Of a stretch of DNA of 64,000 bases, positions 43,417 to 52,563 are shown one piece after another. The DNA is taken from positions 40,868-104,867 of the forward strand of contig SPAW01000002.1 of NCBI GenBank assembly GCA_005239465.1. The letters run 5' to 3'. This DNA is from Nitrospira sp. GTDB lineage: Bacteria; Nitrospirota; Nitrospiria; Nitrospirales; Nitrospiraceae. A model generated the notes under the pieces. That model searched no databases, was not told the DNA's origin, and saw nothing but the letters and a program-made list of their open reading frames with translations. The translations under genes were made by a program, and so were the position numbers. The stretch's first letter is position 1; each line of letters begins with the position of its first letter.

Positions 43417-44217
43417 CTTTTGACCGATCAATCAAGTAAGGCAGAACGATATCGCTCTCGTTGTCTTTGCCCTTTTAATAACAAAGTGCCGAATTGCACA
43501 AAAGACAAAGCGATTAATCCTCTGGGAGTCTGCAGCGTTTACGCGGAGACAGGGATAGCGATCACCTGTCCTACTCGCTTTAGGCAGGACTGGATTATTG
43601 TAGACGATGCGGCTGAATTTCTCTTCCCACCAAAAACCAAGTGGACAACACTCACCGAGGTGTGTCTTAACGACAAAAACGGCAAATCCGTTGGAAATAT
43701 TGGTATCGTTCTAGCAGCCTACAATGAAGCAGGCGAAATCGTTGACTTCGGTGCGCTGGAGGTTCAGGCGGTTCATTTATCCGGGGACATTCGTAATCCA
43801 TTCGAGCGCTACATGCAAAATCCAGAGAAGCACGCGGGCATGGATTGGAGAAACGAGGAGAACTACCCTCGTCCTGACTATCTTTCCCCATCACGGAAGC
43901 AGCTTGCGAATCAGCTTCTATTCAAGAGTGGAATCCTCAACGCTTGGAGAAAGAGGTTGGCCGTAGCGCTTAACGAAGGTTCTTTCCAAGCGCTCCAGCG
44001 GTTTCCAGAGGTTTCAAAGGAACAAGCCGATATAGCATGGCTTATCTATGACTTGAAACGGCCCATAGGTCAGACGGATAAGGGGAAGCTTTTTCTTTCC
44101 AGAGCGGTTTATACGAAACGCCTTGAAGCGCCATATGAACCGAGCTTGTCAACTGCTGAGCCTCTAAAACGCTTCATGGCGCGACTCGAATCTGAGATGG
44201 AGAGAGTAGTTGTCTGA
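43375..44217 (+). CDS. NotI-family restriction endonuclease-like protein
   Basis: The N-terminus LAEVFGHLL..., then RCLCPFNNKVPNCTKDKAINPLGVCSVY...ITCPTRFRQDWIIVDDAAEFLF, is a Cys-rich metal-binding module plus the CP.RFRQDW block that I recognise from NotI-family proteins. The gene is low in GC. Confidence 0.6.
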   Translation: MKEPSQPLAEVFGHLLTDQSSKAERYRSRCLCPFNNKVPNCTKDKAINPLGVCSVYAETGIAITCPTRFRQDWIIVDDAAEFLFPPKTKWTTLTEVCLNDKNGKSVGNIGIVLAAYNEAGEIVDFGALEVQAVHLSGDIRNPFERYMQNPEKHAGMDWRNEENYPRPDYLSPSRKQLANQLLFKSGILNAWRKRLAVALNEGSFQALQRFPEVSKEQADIAWLIYDLKRPIGQTDKGKLFLSRAVYTKRLEAPYEPSLSTAEPLKRFMARLESEMERVVV

Positions 44218-44231
44218 AGTGACTTCCGACT

Positions 44232-45131
44232 ATGCGCACGGAAGAATTCTGCAAGTCCAATATCGAGAGGATGCTGAAGAACTCGCAGACGAAGGTTATT
44301 TTTCCCGTCATCACTTTAGCATTATTGAGAGAATTCTCGACTTCAGGAACCCGTATATTTTCGGACGCGACAATCAAACACGTCTACGAGAAGACTGTTC
44401 ATAACCTTAAAGAATTCCTCGGACACGATGTCCACATCGGAGGCAAATACTACGATGCATATCCTTCCAGAAACCTCCCACGATACTCAGTCGTAAAGTC
44501 CGTTGGCCATCTCAAATATGAGCTCCTTCCTCCGTACACCGACCACGCCAAGGAACTCTCCGGGTGGATTCCCGAGCGGATTCGAGAGCATATCAATAGC
44601 CGGCTCGGGATTGTTCCTTTCCTCAATGATGCGAAAGCGCGGACGGAGATTGCAGAGTCAAAGGGAAAGTTTTTAGACCTTGTTACTGAGCACATTAACA
44701 AAACTCCATCCAACTTCGAAATCTTTAGTTTTGCAGTATTAAGGGTTCATTTGGAAAGATTCTCCTGCAAGATTTACCGAGACACTCGAACTGCATCACA
44801 TGACGGTGGCGTAGACCTTTCCACAAACTTTGGAGTGGTTTACCAAATCAAGAAGCTCAAGATTCTGACAGAGGCTGCTGCCAGAACGATCTATTCTGAA
44901 CTCAGGACGAATTTCGACCGTGAGCGTCTGCAAGATGGAAATGTCATACTGGTGATTGATGATATTTCTCGAGAGGTAAAACAATATCTTTTCAGCATGA
45001 AGGTTCAGTCGTTGAGTAAGCAAGATGTGCTTAAATTAGCTGGGCAGTTTGACGAGACCGAGGACAGAGCTAAAGTCCTTCGCATTGTTTATGAGGAGTT
45101 TCGTAGAGAGTATTCGAGCCGGATTCTGTAA
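44232..45131 (+). CDS. Restriction-endonuclease-fold (Mrr/PD-(D/E)xK-like) protein with unknown N-terminal domain
   Basis: FEIFSFAVLRVHLE ... HDGGVDLSTNFGVVYQIKKLK resembles the Mrr_cat E...D-x(n)-Q/E-x-K core. It starts 14 nt after the NotI-like gene. Sampled 60-nt lines are 33-43% GC. Confidence 0.4.
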   Translation: MRTEEFCKSNIERMLKNSQTKVIFPVITLALLREFSTSGTRIFSDATIKHVYEKTVHNLKEFLGHDVHIGGKYYDAYPSRNLPRYSVVKSVGHLKYELLPPYTDHAKELSGWIPERIREHINSRLGIVPFLNDAKARTEIAESKGKFLDLVTEHINKTPSNFEIFSFAVLRVHLERFSCKIYRDTRTASHDGGVDLSTNFGVVYQIKKLKILTEAAARTIYSELRTNFDRERLQDGNVILVIDDISREVKQYLFSMKVQSLSKQDVLKLAGQFDETEDRAKVLRIVYEEFRREYSSRIL

Positions 45132-45222
45132 GCTCACTTTCTAGACCCTGCAAGAAACTGAAGCAGTATAAAAGGTCAGTCCCTTTAATTGGACGCCGCT
45201 CTCACGAACAACCGTAATCTCG

Positions 45223-45633
45223 ATGCTGCGCATCTCACAACACGTCACGATCCCCGATTCTGAAATCTCCATCCATGCGATGCGGTCGCAGGGGGCTGGG
45301 GGACAGAACGTCAACAAAGTTTCGACTGCCGTGCATTTGCGCTTTGATATCGGCGCTTCGTCGCTGCCGCCGTTCTACAAGGCAGAGCTGATGAAGCTAA
45401 AAGACCATCGGATTTCCGATGACGGTGTGATTACCATCAAGGCGCAACAGCACAGGACGCAGGAACGAAATCGAGAGGATGCGCTCAATCGGTTATGCAT
45501 GCTCATCCAGAGCGTGGCCATCCCGCGCAAGAAGCGAAAAGCCACGAAGCCGACCAAGAGTTCACAAAACAGACGGATTGAGAGAAAGAAGCGGCAGGGA
45601 CGATTGAAGGCGTTGCGAGGAACGATCGAGTAA
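45223..45633 (+). CDS. arfB: Alternative ribosome-rescue factor ArfB (peptidyl-tRNA hydrolase)
   Basis: The GGQ block is RSQGAGGQNVNKVSTAVHLRF, and the basic C-terminal tail is RKKRKATKPTKSSQNRRIERKKRQGRLK. Confidence 0.9.
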   Translation: MLRISQHVTIPDSEISIHAMRSQGAGGQNVNKVSTAVHLRFDIGASSLPPFYKAELMKLKDHRISDDGVITIKAQQHRTQERNREDALNRLCMLIQSVAIPRKKRKATKPTKSSQNRRIERKKRQGRLKALRGTIE

Positions 45634-45642
45634 CCGTCGCTT

Positions 45643-45707
45643 GTGAAGCGTCTCTCGTGAAGCGTGAAGCGCAGGCTTTGTCTTGCGAGAAACGAGAGAC
45701 GCTTCAC
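45643..45707. repeat. GTGAAGCG-type palindromic element (15-bp perfect arms) between convergent arfB and fabI; probable bidirectional terminator
   Basis: GTGAAGCGTCTCTCG (45643-45657) and CGAGAGACGCTTCAC (45693-45707). The loop contains further TGAAGCG copies. Confidence 0.7.
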
Positions 45708-45708
45708 G

Positions 45709-46488
45709 TTATTCGGAGGAAGCCAGTGAACCTAGGATATGATAACCTCCATCCACGTAAATCACCTCGCCGGTAATTCCCCGTCCCAATGTGCTCACTA
45801 AGAACAACGCGGTATCCCCGACTTCGCTTTGTTCGGTCGCCCGGCGGAGCGGGGCGACTTCTTTATGATGATCGACCATCTTGGTGATGCCCGAGACGCC
45901 GCGGGCGGCGAGCGTCTTGATCGGTCCGGCGGAGATGGCATTCACGCGGATGTTCTTGGGGCCGAGGTCGTAGGCCAGATAGCGGACGGTGCATTCCAGC
46001 GCAGCCTTGGCGACACCCATGACGTTGTAGTGCGGCACGACCCGCTCGGCTCCGAGGTAGGTGAGCGTGACGACGGAGCCGCCGTTGGTCATCAGCGGCA
46101 ACGCAGCTCTGGTCACGGCCACGAGCGAATAGGCGCTGACATCGAGGGCCGTGGCGAATCCCTGTCGCGTAGTATTCACGAATTGGCCGGTAAGTTCTTC
46201 ACGCAGGGCAAAGGCGACGGAGTGGACCAGAAAATCGAGCCGCCCGAATTCCTTCTGCACGTGCTGCATAAGCGAGACAATTTCGGCATCGTTTCCCACA
46301 TCGCAGGGAAAGGCCTTGGCGCTTGGCATCGTGCCGACGAGTTCCTCGACGTTCTCTCGCAGCCGTTCATTCTGATAATTGAACAGGAGCTGGGCTCCCT
46401 GAATCGCCGTCGATTGCGCGATGGCCCAGGCGATGCTGTGCTTGTTGGCCACGCCGATGATCAGGCCCTTCTTTCCTTCCAGTAACAT
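45709..46488 (-). CDS. fabI: Enoyl-ACP reductase FabI
   Basis: MLLEGKKGLIIGVANKHSIAWAIA...SVAFA...YNVMGVAKAALE...RVNAISAGPIKTLAA (Y-x6-K). Confidence 0.9.
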   Translation of the reverse strand: MLLEGKKGLIIGVANKHSIAWAIAQSTAIQGAQLLFNYQNERLRENVEELVGTMPSAKAFPCDVGNDAEIVSLMQHVQKEFGRLDFLVHSVAFALREELTGQFVNTTRQGFATALDVSAYSLVAVTRAALPLMTNGGSVVTLTYLGAERVVPHYNVMGVAKAALECTVRYLAYDLGPKNIRVNAISAGPIKTLAARGVSGITKMVDHHKEVAPLRRATEQSEVGDTALFLVSTLGRGITGEVIYVDGGYHILGSLASSE

Positions 46489-46535
46489 TGACACTTTTTC
46501 TCCTTCTTTAAAGATCAAGGTGCACTTGGTTAGAG

Positions 46536-46621
46536 GCGTGAAGCGTCGTTCGTCTCTCGTATCTCGCAGGAAAGCGGATTTTCGACATGCACGAGATACG
46601 CTTCACGAGCGACGAGGGACG
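46536..46621. repeat. GTGAAGCG-type modular palindromic element between mug and fabI
   Basis: CGTGAAGCG-TCGTTCG-TCTCTCG-TATCTCG ... CGAGATACGCTTCACG (46592-46607) ... The latter is the exact reverse complement of the 16-mer at 60996-61011. Confidence 0.7.
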
Positions 46622-46657
46622 CCGTGCCGCGGACACGGAAGATAGCACGATTCGTGG

Positions 46658-47191
46658 TTACTGTGAACCGGCTTCTTTTCGAAGCCTGCGAAATGCCGCG
46701 AGCATGGCCTGGTAGGAATAATGGGCATTCCGTCCGCTGGGGTTGGGCAGCACATACACGCGTGTCCCCGCAAAGCGGTCACACTGCAATCCGAGACGAA
46801 CCCGACGGATGCGCGCTTCGGGAAACAGCATTCGATACATGGTCACGCCGAGCAGCGCCATTATTCTGGGGTGGTAGCATCTCGCCGTGGCCAGCAACCG
46901 CTTCCGCCCGGCCGCATATTCGTGCGGCCTCAGAACATCGATCCCCGCGCTGGGGCGTCGGATAATGTTCGTTAACCCCAATTTCCACTCAGGCAGGCGC
47001 GAATCCTCTTCGTAGGTCAGCGGCTCGGACACAAGCTTCGATTCGTAGAGGAGCTTCCAAAACCGGTTGGAGAATCCGGCGAAGTGGTGCCCGGTCTGCG
47101 CCGAGCGCAACCCCGGGTTGATCCCAACAAAGAGCACGCGCACACCGGGCTGAATGTGGTCAGTGAGACCCCGCCCCCTGGCCATTGGCAT
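46658..47191 (-). CDS. mug: G/U mismatch-specific uracil-DNA glycosylase (Mug/TDG family)
   Basis: VLFVGINPGLRSA...HHFAGFSNRFW...LTNII...VLPNPSGRN. Confidence 0.85.
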   Translation of the reverse strand: MPMARGRGLTDHIQPGVRVLFVGINPGLRSAQTGHHFAGFSNRFWKLLYESKLVSEPLTYEEDSRLPEWKLGLTNIIRRPSAGIDVLRPHEYAAGRKRLLATARCYHPRIMALLGVTMYRMLFPEARIRRVRLGLQCDRFAGTRVYVLPNPSGRNAHYSYQAMLAAFRRLRKEAGSQ

Positions 47192-47271
47192 CCCCCTGTT
47201 CTCTGAGGCAGTTTAGTAGGGACTCAGCCATTCTGCCACAGGAAATAGCAGGGAAAAGCCTTCGTACCATT

Positions 47272-47460
47272 ATGAAGCGCATCTTAATGGCAATCATGGC
47301 AGTGGCAGTAGCAGTGACGTTCAGCGCGCCTTCCTTCGCCGGTGAGGAGAAGAAGGAAGGGACCAAGCTCGTTCAAATTCTTAATGCTGACGAGAAGAAA
47401 AAGGACGAGAAAAAGGACGAGAAGAAGGACGAGAAGAAGAAGGACGAGAAAAAGAAGTAA
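47272..47460 (+). CDS. Small secreted protein with Lys/Asp/Glu repeat tail
   Basis: The signal peptide is MKRILMAIMAVAVAVTFSAPSFA. It is followed by GEEKKEGTKLVQILNADEKKKDEKKDEKKDEKKKDEKKK. Confidence 0.5.
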   Translation: MKRILMAIMAVAVAVTFSAPSFAGEEKKEGTKLVQILNADEKKKDEKKDEKKDEKKKDEKKK

Positions 47461-47535
47461 TCAGGGTCATCTTGGCAAGGCTAGCTGGTTTGAGAGGTCC
47501 TCCGCTTCACGCGGGGGTCCTCTCGGGCGGTTTCC

Positions 47536-48051
47536 CTACCGAGCCTGTTTTCTGATATAGACTGCCTGCAATCCCACAATCGTCTTCGCATCACGAATCG
47601 TCCCATCCTCAATTTTCGCCATCGCGTCTGAGAGCGGCATTTCGATCACGTCCAGCACTTCGTCGCGATCGAGCTGCTGGCGTCCCTTGGTGAGGCCTGT
47701 GGCCTTGTAGACGTGGATGACTTCGTCCGCAAAGCCCGGGGCGGTGAAGATACTGGAGAGCAGTTCGAACGACGATGCCCGATAGCCGATCTCTTCCTCG
47801 AGTTCACGCGAAGCGCAATGCAAGGGATCTTCGTTGGGATGGAGCTTGCCGGCGGGAATCTCATAGATGAAGCCTCCCGCAGCATGACGGAATTGGCGAA
47901 TGAGGACCACCGTTCCATCGTCCTTGATCGGCACGACGGCGGCCGCTCCAGGATGCCGGACGATCTCTAAATCGAAGGTCAGGCCGTTGGGAAGTGTCAC
48001 CGTGTCGATGTTTAGGGTGACGACTTTCCCTTTGTAGATGTTCTTGGTCAT
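47536..48051 (-). CDS. NUDIX hydrolase (ADP-ribose pyrophosphatase-like)
   Basis: The Nudix box is GKLHPNEDPLHCASRELEEEIGY. Confidence 0.85.
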   Translation of the reverse strand: MTKNIYKGKVVTLNIDTVTLPNGLTFDLEIVRHPGAAAVVPIKDDGTVVLIRQFRHAAGGFIYEIPAGKLHPNEDPLHCASRELEEEIGYRASSFELLSSIFTAPGFADEVIHVYKATGLTKGRQQLDRDEVLDVIEMPLSDAMAKIEDGTIRDAKTIVGLQAVYIRKQAR

Positions 48052-48140
48052 GGGAGCAGATAGCTGATAGCGTATGGCTTATGGTACGAACTGAAAAAGT
48101 CACGGTCGCCGGTCCTGTTTCTGCTATACGCCATATGCCA

Positions 48141-49259
48141 TTAGCTCTTGGGCCTCTTGTAGAACGGTGGCTTGACGACCGTAGCAGTGAGCGCTTTCCC
48201 ACGGATATCGATGGCAATGGGCGTGCCGGGTTCCACGTAGCGCAGGGGCACGTAGCCCAGACCAATGCCTTTTTGAAGGAGCGGCGAGAGATTGCCGCTC
48301 GTCACTTCACCGATGACCTGAGACGATGAGGGATCGAGAATTTTGAATCCATGGCGCGGCACGCCTTTCTCCAGCAGCTCAAACGCCACAAATCGCCTCG
48401 CTGCGCCAGCCTGTTTCTGCGCCAGGATCGCTTTGCTCCCGACGAACTCGCCTTTTTGGAAATCGACTGTCCACTCGGCGCCGGCTTCGAGCGGCGTCGT
48501 GTCTTCGCTGATATCATTGCCGTAAAGCAGATACCCCATCTCCAATCGAAGCAGGTCCCTCGCCCCTAGCCCAGCTGGTTTGAGTCCTCTAGCCTGACCC
48601 GTTTCCGAAATCCGACTCCACACCTGCGCGGCATTTTCCGCAGGCACAATCAACTCGTATCCGAGTTCTCCGGTGTACCCTGCTCGCGCCACGAAGCAGG
48701 GGATGCCCGACAAGACGCTCTCGCAGGCGCGATGGAGTTTGAGCGCGCCAATATGATCCGCGCCCAGATCGAGGAGGATGTCTCGCGAAGCTGGTCCCTG
48801 GATCGCAATCTGCGCGAGGGATGCAGAGCGGTCCTCAATCCGGCACGTATCGACGGTCCGATGGTGCGCTCGAATCCAGTCGAGAATCTTGGCTCGGTTC
48901 GAGGCGTTCACACAGAGGAGAAATTCCGCCTCGGCGATCCGATACACAAAGATGTCGTCCTTGATCCCTCCCCGCTCGTTACAGACCATCGAATAATGCG
49001 CCTGCCCCACCGCCAGTGTGTGCACATTGTTGGTGGTCAGTCGTTGGAGAAACTCCGCAGCGCCTGCGCCAGTTACTACGAGTCGCCCCATATGGCTGAC
49101 GTCGAACAGTCCGGCCTTGCTGCGGACGGTGTAATATTCGTCTACCACACCCGTGTATTGGATGGGCATTTCCCAGCCGGCGAAGTCGATAAGTTTGGCG
49201 CCGGCGGATCGGTGTCGGTCAATCAGCGGAGTTCGCAACATGGGTCGCCGTTCTACCAC
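48141..49259 (-). CDS. gcvT: Glycine cleavage system aminomethyltransferase GcvT
   Basis: [28 protein letters not shown]...[12 protein letters not shown]...[13 protein letters not shown]. The start is either 49259 or ATG 49241. Confidence 0.9.
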   Translation of the reverse strand: MVERRPMLRTPLIDRHRSAGAKLIDFAGWEMPIQYTGVVDEYYTVRSKAGLFDVSHMGRLVVTGAGAAEFLQRLTTNNVHTLAVGQAHYSMVCNERGGIKDDIFVYRIAEAEFLLCVNASNRAKILDWIRAHHRTVDTCRIEDRSASLAQIAIQGPASRDILLDLGADHIGALKLHRACESVLSGIPCFVARAGYTGELGYELIVPAENAAQVWSRISETGQARGLKPAGLGARDLLRLEMGYLLYGNDISEDTTPLEAGAEWTVDFQKGEFVGSKAILAQKQAGAARRFVAFELLEKGVPRHGFKILDPSSSQVIGEVTSGNLSPLLQKGIGLGYVPLRYVEPGTPIAIDIRGKALTATVVKPPFYKRPKS

Positions 49260-49696
49260 ACCCCGAGCAACTCAACATCGAAAATGAGTGTGGCGTTCGG
49301 TGGAATCGCCCCGCCGGCGCCGCGCGCGCCATAGCCGAGACTGGCAGGGATCGTCAGCTTGCGCTTGCCGCCTACTTTCATGCCTTGGACACCTTCGTCC
49401 CATCCTTTGATGACTCGCCCGGCGCCAAGCGGAAAGGAGAAGGGTTGACCGCGATCGATGGAACTGTCGAACTTCTTCCCGTTCTCCAACCGGCCGGTGT
49501 AATGCACGGTCGTCGTCTTCCCGGCCACGGCCAGATCGCCGGCGCCGATCACCTGGTCGACGTACTTGAGTCCAGATGGCGTGGTGATTTCGTCGGCGTT
49601 CGGGCCCTTCTCGCTCGCGGTCATGGCGGCTCCCCATCCGTATGCCGGTGTCAGAACCAGCGTCATAATGATGACTACAGTGCGCAGACGTGTCAT
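49253..49696 (-). CDS. Exported FKBP-type peptidyl-prolyl isomerase
   Basis: [58 protein letters not shown]...[16 protein letters not shown] 49696 is preceded by AAGGAGAG and gives a signal peptide. Confidence 0.9.
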   Translation of the reverse strand: MTRLRTVVIIMTLVLTPAYGWGAAMTASEKGPNADEITTPSGLKYVDQVIGAGDLAVAGKTTTVHYTGRLENGKKFDSSIDRGQPFSFPLGAGRVIKGWDEGVQGMKVGGKRKLTIPASLGYGARGAGGAIPPNATLIFDVELLGVW

Positions 49697-49744
49697 AGGC
49701 TCTCCTTGTGTCACGCGAGTCGCGCTTGTGCTGATCGCCTTGTA

Positions 49745-50929
49745 TCAGTTGTGGGTTGTTCCAGTGTCCCGCTCGGCAAAGAGGGCCATGCTGGCAGTAT
49801 AGCCATGGAGGAAGTTCCGGCCACCAACCGGACCGATCTCGCCTTGCGCAAAAAACCCGGCCACAGGAATCGCGCCCAGCCGCTCCGTCACCGCCGCCGC
49901 ATCGTGGTTGGGCCGCCCAAACAGGCCCTGACCCCGGCCGCAGCAACTGAACATGAGCGCCCCGAGCGGGGGACGGCGCTGGGTGGCCCGGTCGGCCGCC
50001 AGCAGCAAGTTCAAATCTTCGCTGGCCGATTGCGCATCCCGCAGATGAAATTGCACGGTTTGCCCTTCTTGCACGACATCTCCGATCGCCACCGCTCCGG
50101 TCGTTTGGTCGGCGCCGACGAGATTGCGGACCAGAAAATCTCCCCGTTCAAAGTGAGCGCGATGCTCATCGAAGACAATGCCAATGTGCAAGGCTCGGTG
50201 GGCTCGGAGACGATCCTCCCCTCCTAAGGATTCGAAGACAGTTTGGAGCCGTTGTAACGCCGGTGCGCCCCCTAGTTCGTGAATGAGGTTATGTTCCGCC
50301 TTCGTGACCACAAACCGGTCGCCGATCGGGCGGCAGCCTTGTGAGATGACCGGGCGAATATCCACAGGGCCAGACAGACGAACACCCACCAACCCTCCCG
50401 CAAGGACTTCGTCATGGAAAATCAATCGATTCTCGCCCGCATCCTTCCCGCCACCGGCTAATCCCCCGATGGCCTTGGTTCCCGGATACCGTTCCTCTAG
50501 GAGACTGAGGACTTCTTGCATGGGGGTGGTGAAGGGATCGGCCAACAAGAGAAAGGAGGAATCCGCCACACCCGGTTCGGGCCAGCCTGACAGCCGGAAC
50601 TGGTCCTGCGTAGGCGAGAACGACAAGCGAACCGGGTCCATGGCCACATCCGGTAGTGAGGCAGCCCAAAGCGTCACCGCCGGAGCCGTTTCCAGCTCTT
50701 CTGCCCCGGCAATCACTCCCTCCCCACTGCACCCGATCATGAGCCGCGGGCGGAGCGACTGTGCGAGCATGGTCGCCAAGACTTCTGCCCTCAATGCATG
50801 GTGGGATGAAAAGAAAAGACAGGCGAGGTCCACCGACGAAGTGCCGAGCCTGGCCCGAACCTCATCAGCGAGGTCCCGAGCGGCCGCTTCCGTATCCGAC
50901 CTTCTGGACAGCGCCGCGGCAAATTGCAT
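49745..50929 (-). CDS. FIST N/C-domain sensory protein
   Basis: DLACLFFSSHH...MIGCSGEGVIAGAEELE..PAVTLWAA...GGLAGG...CGRGQGLFG fits the FIST-domain pattern. Confidence 0.65.
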   Translation of the reverse strand: MQFAAALSRRSDTEAAARDLADEVRARLGTSSVDLACLFFSSHHALRAEVLATMLAQSLRPRLMIGCSGEGVIAGAEELETAPAVTLWAASLPDVAMDPVRLSFSPTQDQFRLSGWPEPGVADSSFLLLADPFTTPMQEVLSLLEERYPGTKAIGGLAGGGKDAGENRLIFHDEVLAGGLVGVRLSGPVDIRPVISQGCRPIGDRFVVTKAEHNLIHELGGAPALQRLQTVFESLGGEDRLRAHRALHIGIVFDEHRAHFERGDFLVRNLVGADQTTGAVAIGDVVQEGQTVQFHLRDAQSASEDLNLLLAADRATQRRPPLGALMFSCCGRGQGLFGRPNHDAAAVTERLGAIPVAGFFAQGEIGPVGGRNFLHGYTASMALFAERDTGTTHN

Positions 50930-50998
50930 CGCGCTGGTCCGGTGTGACGATGAGGACGATAAGCTGGGCATGCGTGTGCGTAGGACAACCCTCGGATC

Positions 50999-51226
50999 TC
51001 AGACCCCTGGGTCCATGCGTTGGGCACGAGTCTGTGCCAATTTCTTATAGTACCGCCACAGATAGGAATGATAGTCGTCGATCTGTGCCAGGAGATAATG
51101 CAGTTCCGTGGGATCTTCCGTCTCGAGAGCTGGAACCATGCGAGTCTTGAGGAATTCGACGAAGGCATGGGTCTTCTCAACTGCTGTTAGAAGCCGCAAG
51201 CCGCCGCCTATCTGATATTCATTCAT
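50999..51226 (-). CDS. Hypothetical small protein (75 aa)
   Basis: ATG 51226 with a GGAGA RBS. Helical sequence, no family recognised. Confidence 0.4.
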   Translation of the reverse strand: MNEYQIGGGLRLLTAVEKTHAFVEFLKTRMVPALETEDPTELHYLLAQIDDYHSYLWRYYKKLAQTRAQRMDPGV

Positions 51227-51333
51227 GATGCTTCTCCGTTACGCCTCACATGCAGCTGAAGAATAACGAGGCATGAGAGGAAAATGCAAGTCGGGTTCTG
51301 CGCGGGACGGGGCTGCGTCTCGCCCAAGACGGA

Positions 51334-52563
51334 TCACGGACGAGCGGGAAAGAAGAGCGTCTTGAGGCGCGCAAGGGAAATGGCTTCGACGCGATGCCCG
51401 TCCCGTCCTACGACCGTCGTCGCCATCGTGAGGGCGTTCAGAATCGCTTCTTCCGTCGCCTCGACCGTCGCGGTGATCAGTGGATTGAGGTGTGTGTCAG
51501 CCAAGTGTGTGAGCCTGTAGGTCGGCTCTTTGGGATAGTGCGGAATCACGTTCGCGGTCGAAAACGCCAGTATAAAATCGCCGCTCCCGTGTCTAACGGT
51601 CGATCCGGTCCTGGCCAATCCGAGCGCGGCACGCTTGGCCAGCCGCGTGAGCTGCCGTCCATCAAGCGGGGCATCGATGCCGATGACGACAATAATCGAG
51701 CCTTCGCTGAGACCAGGCCGGTCTGCCTGGGCTGCCGAGGGGGGTGCATCATAAAGTTGACCTACAGGAACACCAGCCACGATTAGCTCGGGCCGCCGTC
51801 CATGATTAGCATTGACCAAGACCCCGACCGTGTAGCCGCCCTCCTGATCCGACAGGCGCCGCGAGGCCGTTCCGATCCCGCCCTTGAACCCATATGACAC
51901 CATACCGGTCCCGGCCCCGACGGTCCCTTCTTGGACCGGTCCACTAGTCGCCCCATCCAACGCAGCCATCACATCCTGTTCGGACACATGTCGTCCTTGA
52001 ATGTCATTGAGCCGGCCATCGTCGCATTCTGCGACCACCGGCGTTAGGGTATCGTCCGAGATGCCGATTTCCGGGTAGCGCGCAATCATCCAACTCATGA
52101 CTCCATTCGCTACGCGCGGTACGTTGAGTGTATTCGTGAGCGCGATCGGATACTCCAAGAATCCCGACTCCGCGATCCAGGATAGGCCGGTCATCTCGCC
52201 GGTCCCGTTAAGCACAAAGGCTCCGGCGGCAACTTTCTTGTTCCACACATCCTCGCGAGGGATGACGACGGTGACGCCGGTCCTTACGGGACCTTCACCA
52301 GGTTGCAGGGGCCCCTCCCCTCGTATTAGCGTGGTGTGGCCAACTCTCACCCCTTCGACGTCGGTAATGGCGTTGAGCGGACCTGGCTGGTACTGGCCGA
52401 CGAGGATTCCCAAATCACGGAGGCGCTGGCGGTCTTGCCTGAGTTCAGCCGCACCGGCGGAGAGATAACCCGTAATCAGGAAAGAGACGCATGAGAGGAT
52501 CAGCACCAACAGGGTACCTTTTCGTCCTTCAGCCGGCGTGGGGTGCATGGCTTTAAATTTCAT
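51334..52563 (-). CDS. Exported DmpA/P1 (S58) family aminopeptidase
   Basis: NAITDVEGVRVGHTTL...TGVTVVIP...NGTGE...GTVGAGTG...GIGTASR fits the pattern. A signal-anchor follows ATG 52563, with an alternative ATG at 52548. Confidence 0.7.
   Translation of the reverse strand: MKFKAMHPTPAEGRKGTLLVLILSCVSFLITGYLSAGAAELRQDRQRLRDLGILVGQYQPGPLNAITDVEGVRVGHTTLIRGEGPLQPGEGPVRTGVTVVIPREDVWNKKVAAGAFVLNGTGEMTGLSWIAESGFLEYPIALTNTLNVPRVANGVMSWMIARYPEIGISDDTLTPVVAECDDGRLNDIQGRHVSEQDVMAALDGATSGPVQEGTVGAGTGMVSYGFKGGIGTASRRLSDQEGGYTVGVLVNANHGRRPELIVAGVPVGQLYDAPPSAAQADRPGLSEGSIIVVIGIDAPLDGRQLTRLAKRAALGLARTGSTVRHGSGDFILAFSTANVIPHYPKEPTYRLTHLADTHLNPLITATVEATEEAILNALTMATTVVGRDGHRVEAISLARLKTLFFPARP

Noticed and set aside
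47501-47530. Weak hairpin CCTCCGC-TTCAC-GCGGGGG after the small KKDE gene as a terminator
   Set aside because: It has only 7 bp with a G-U pair and no T tract, which is too weak to call.
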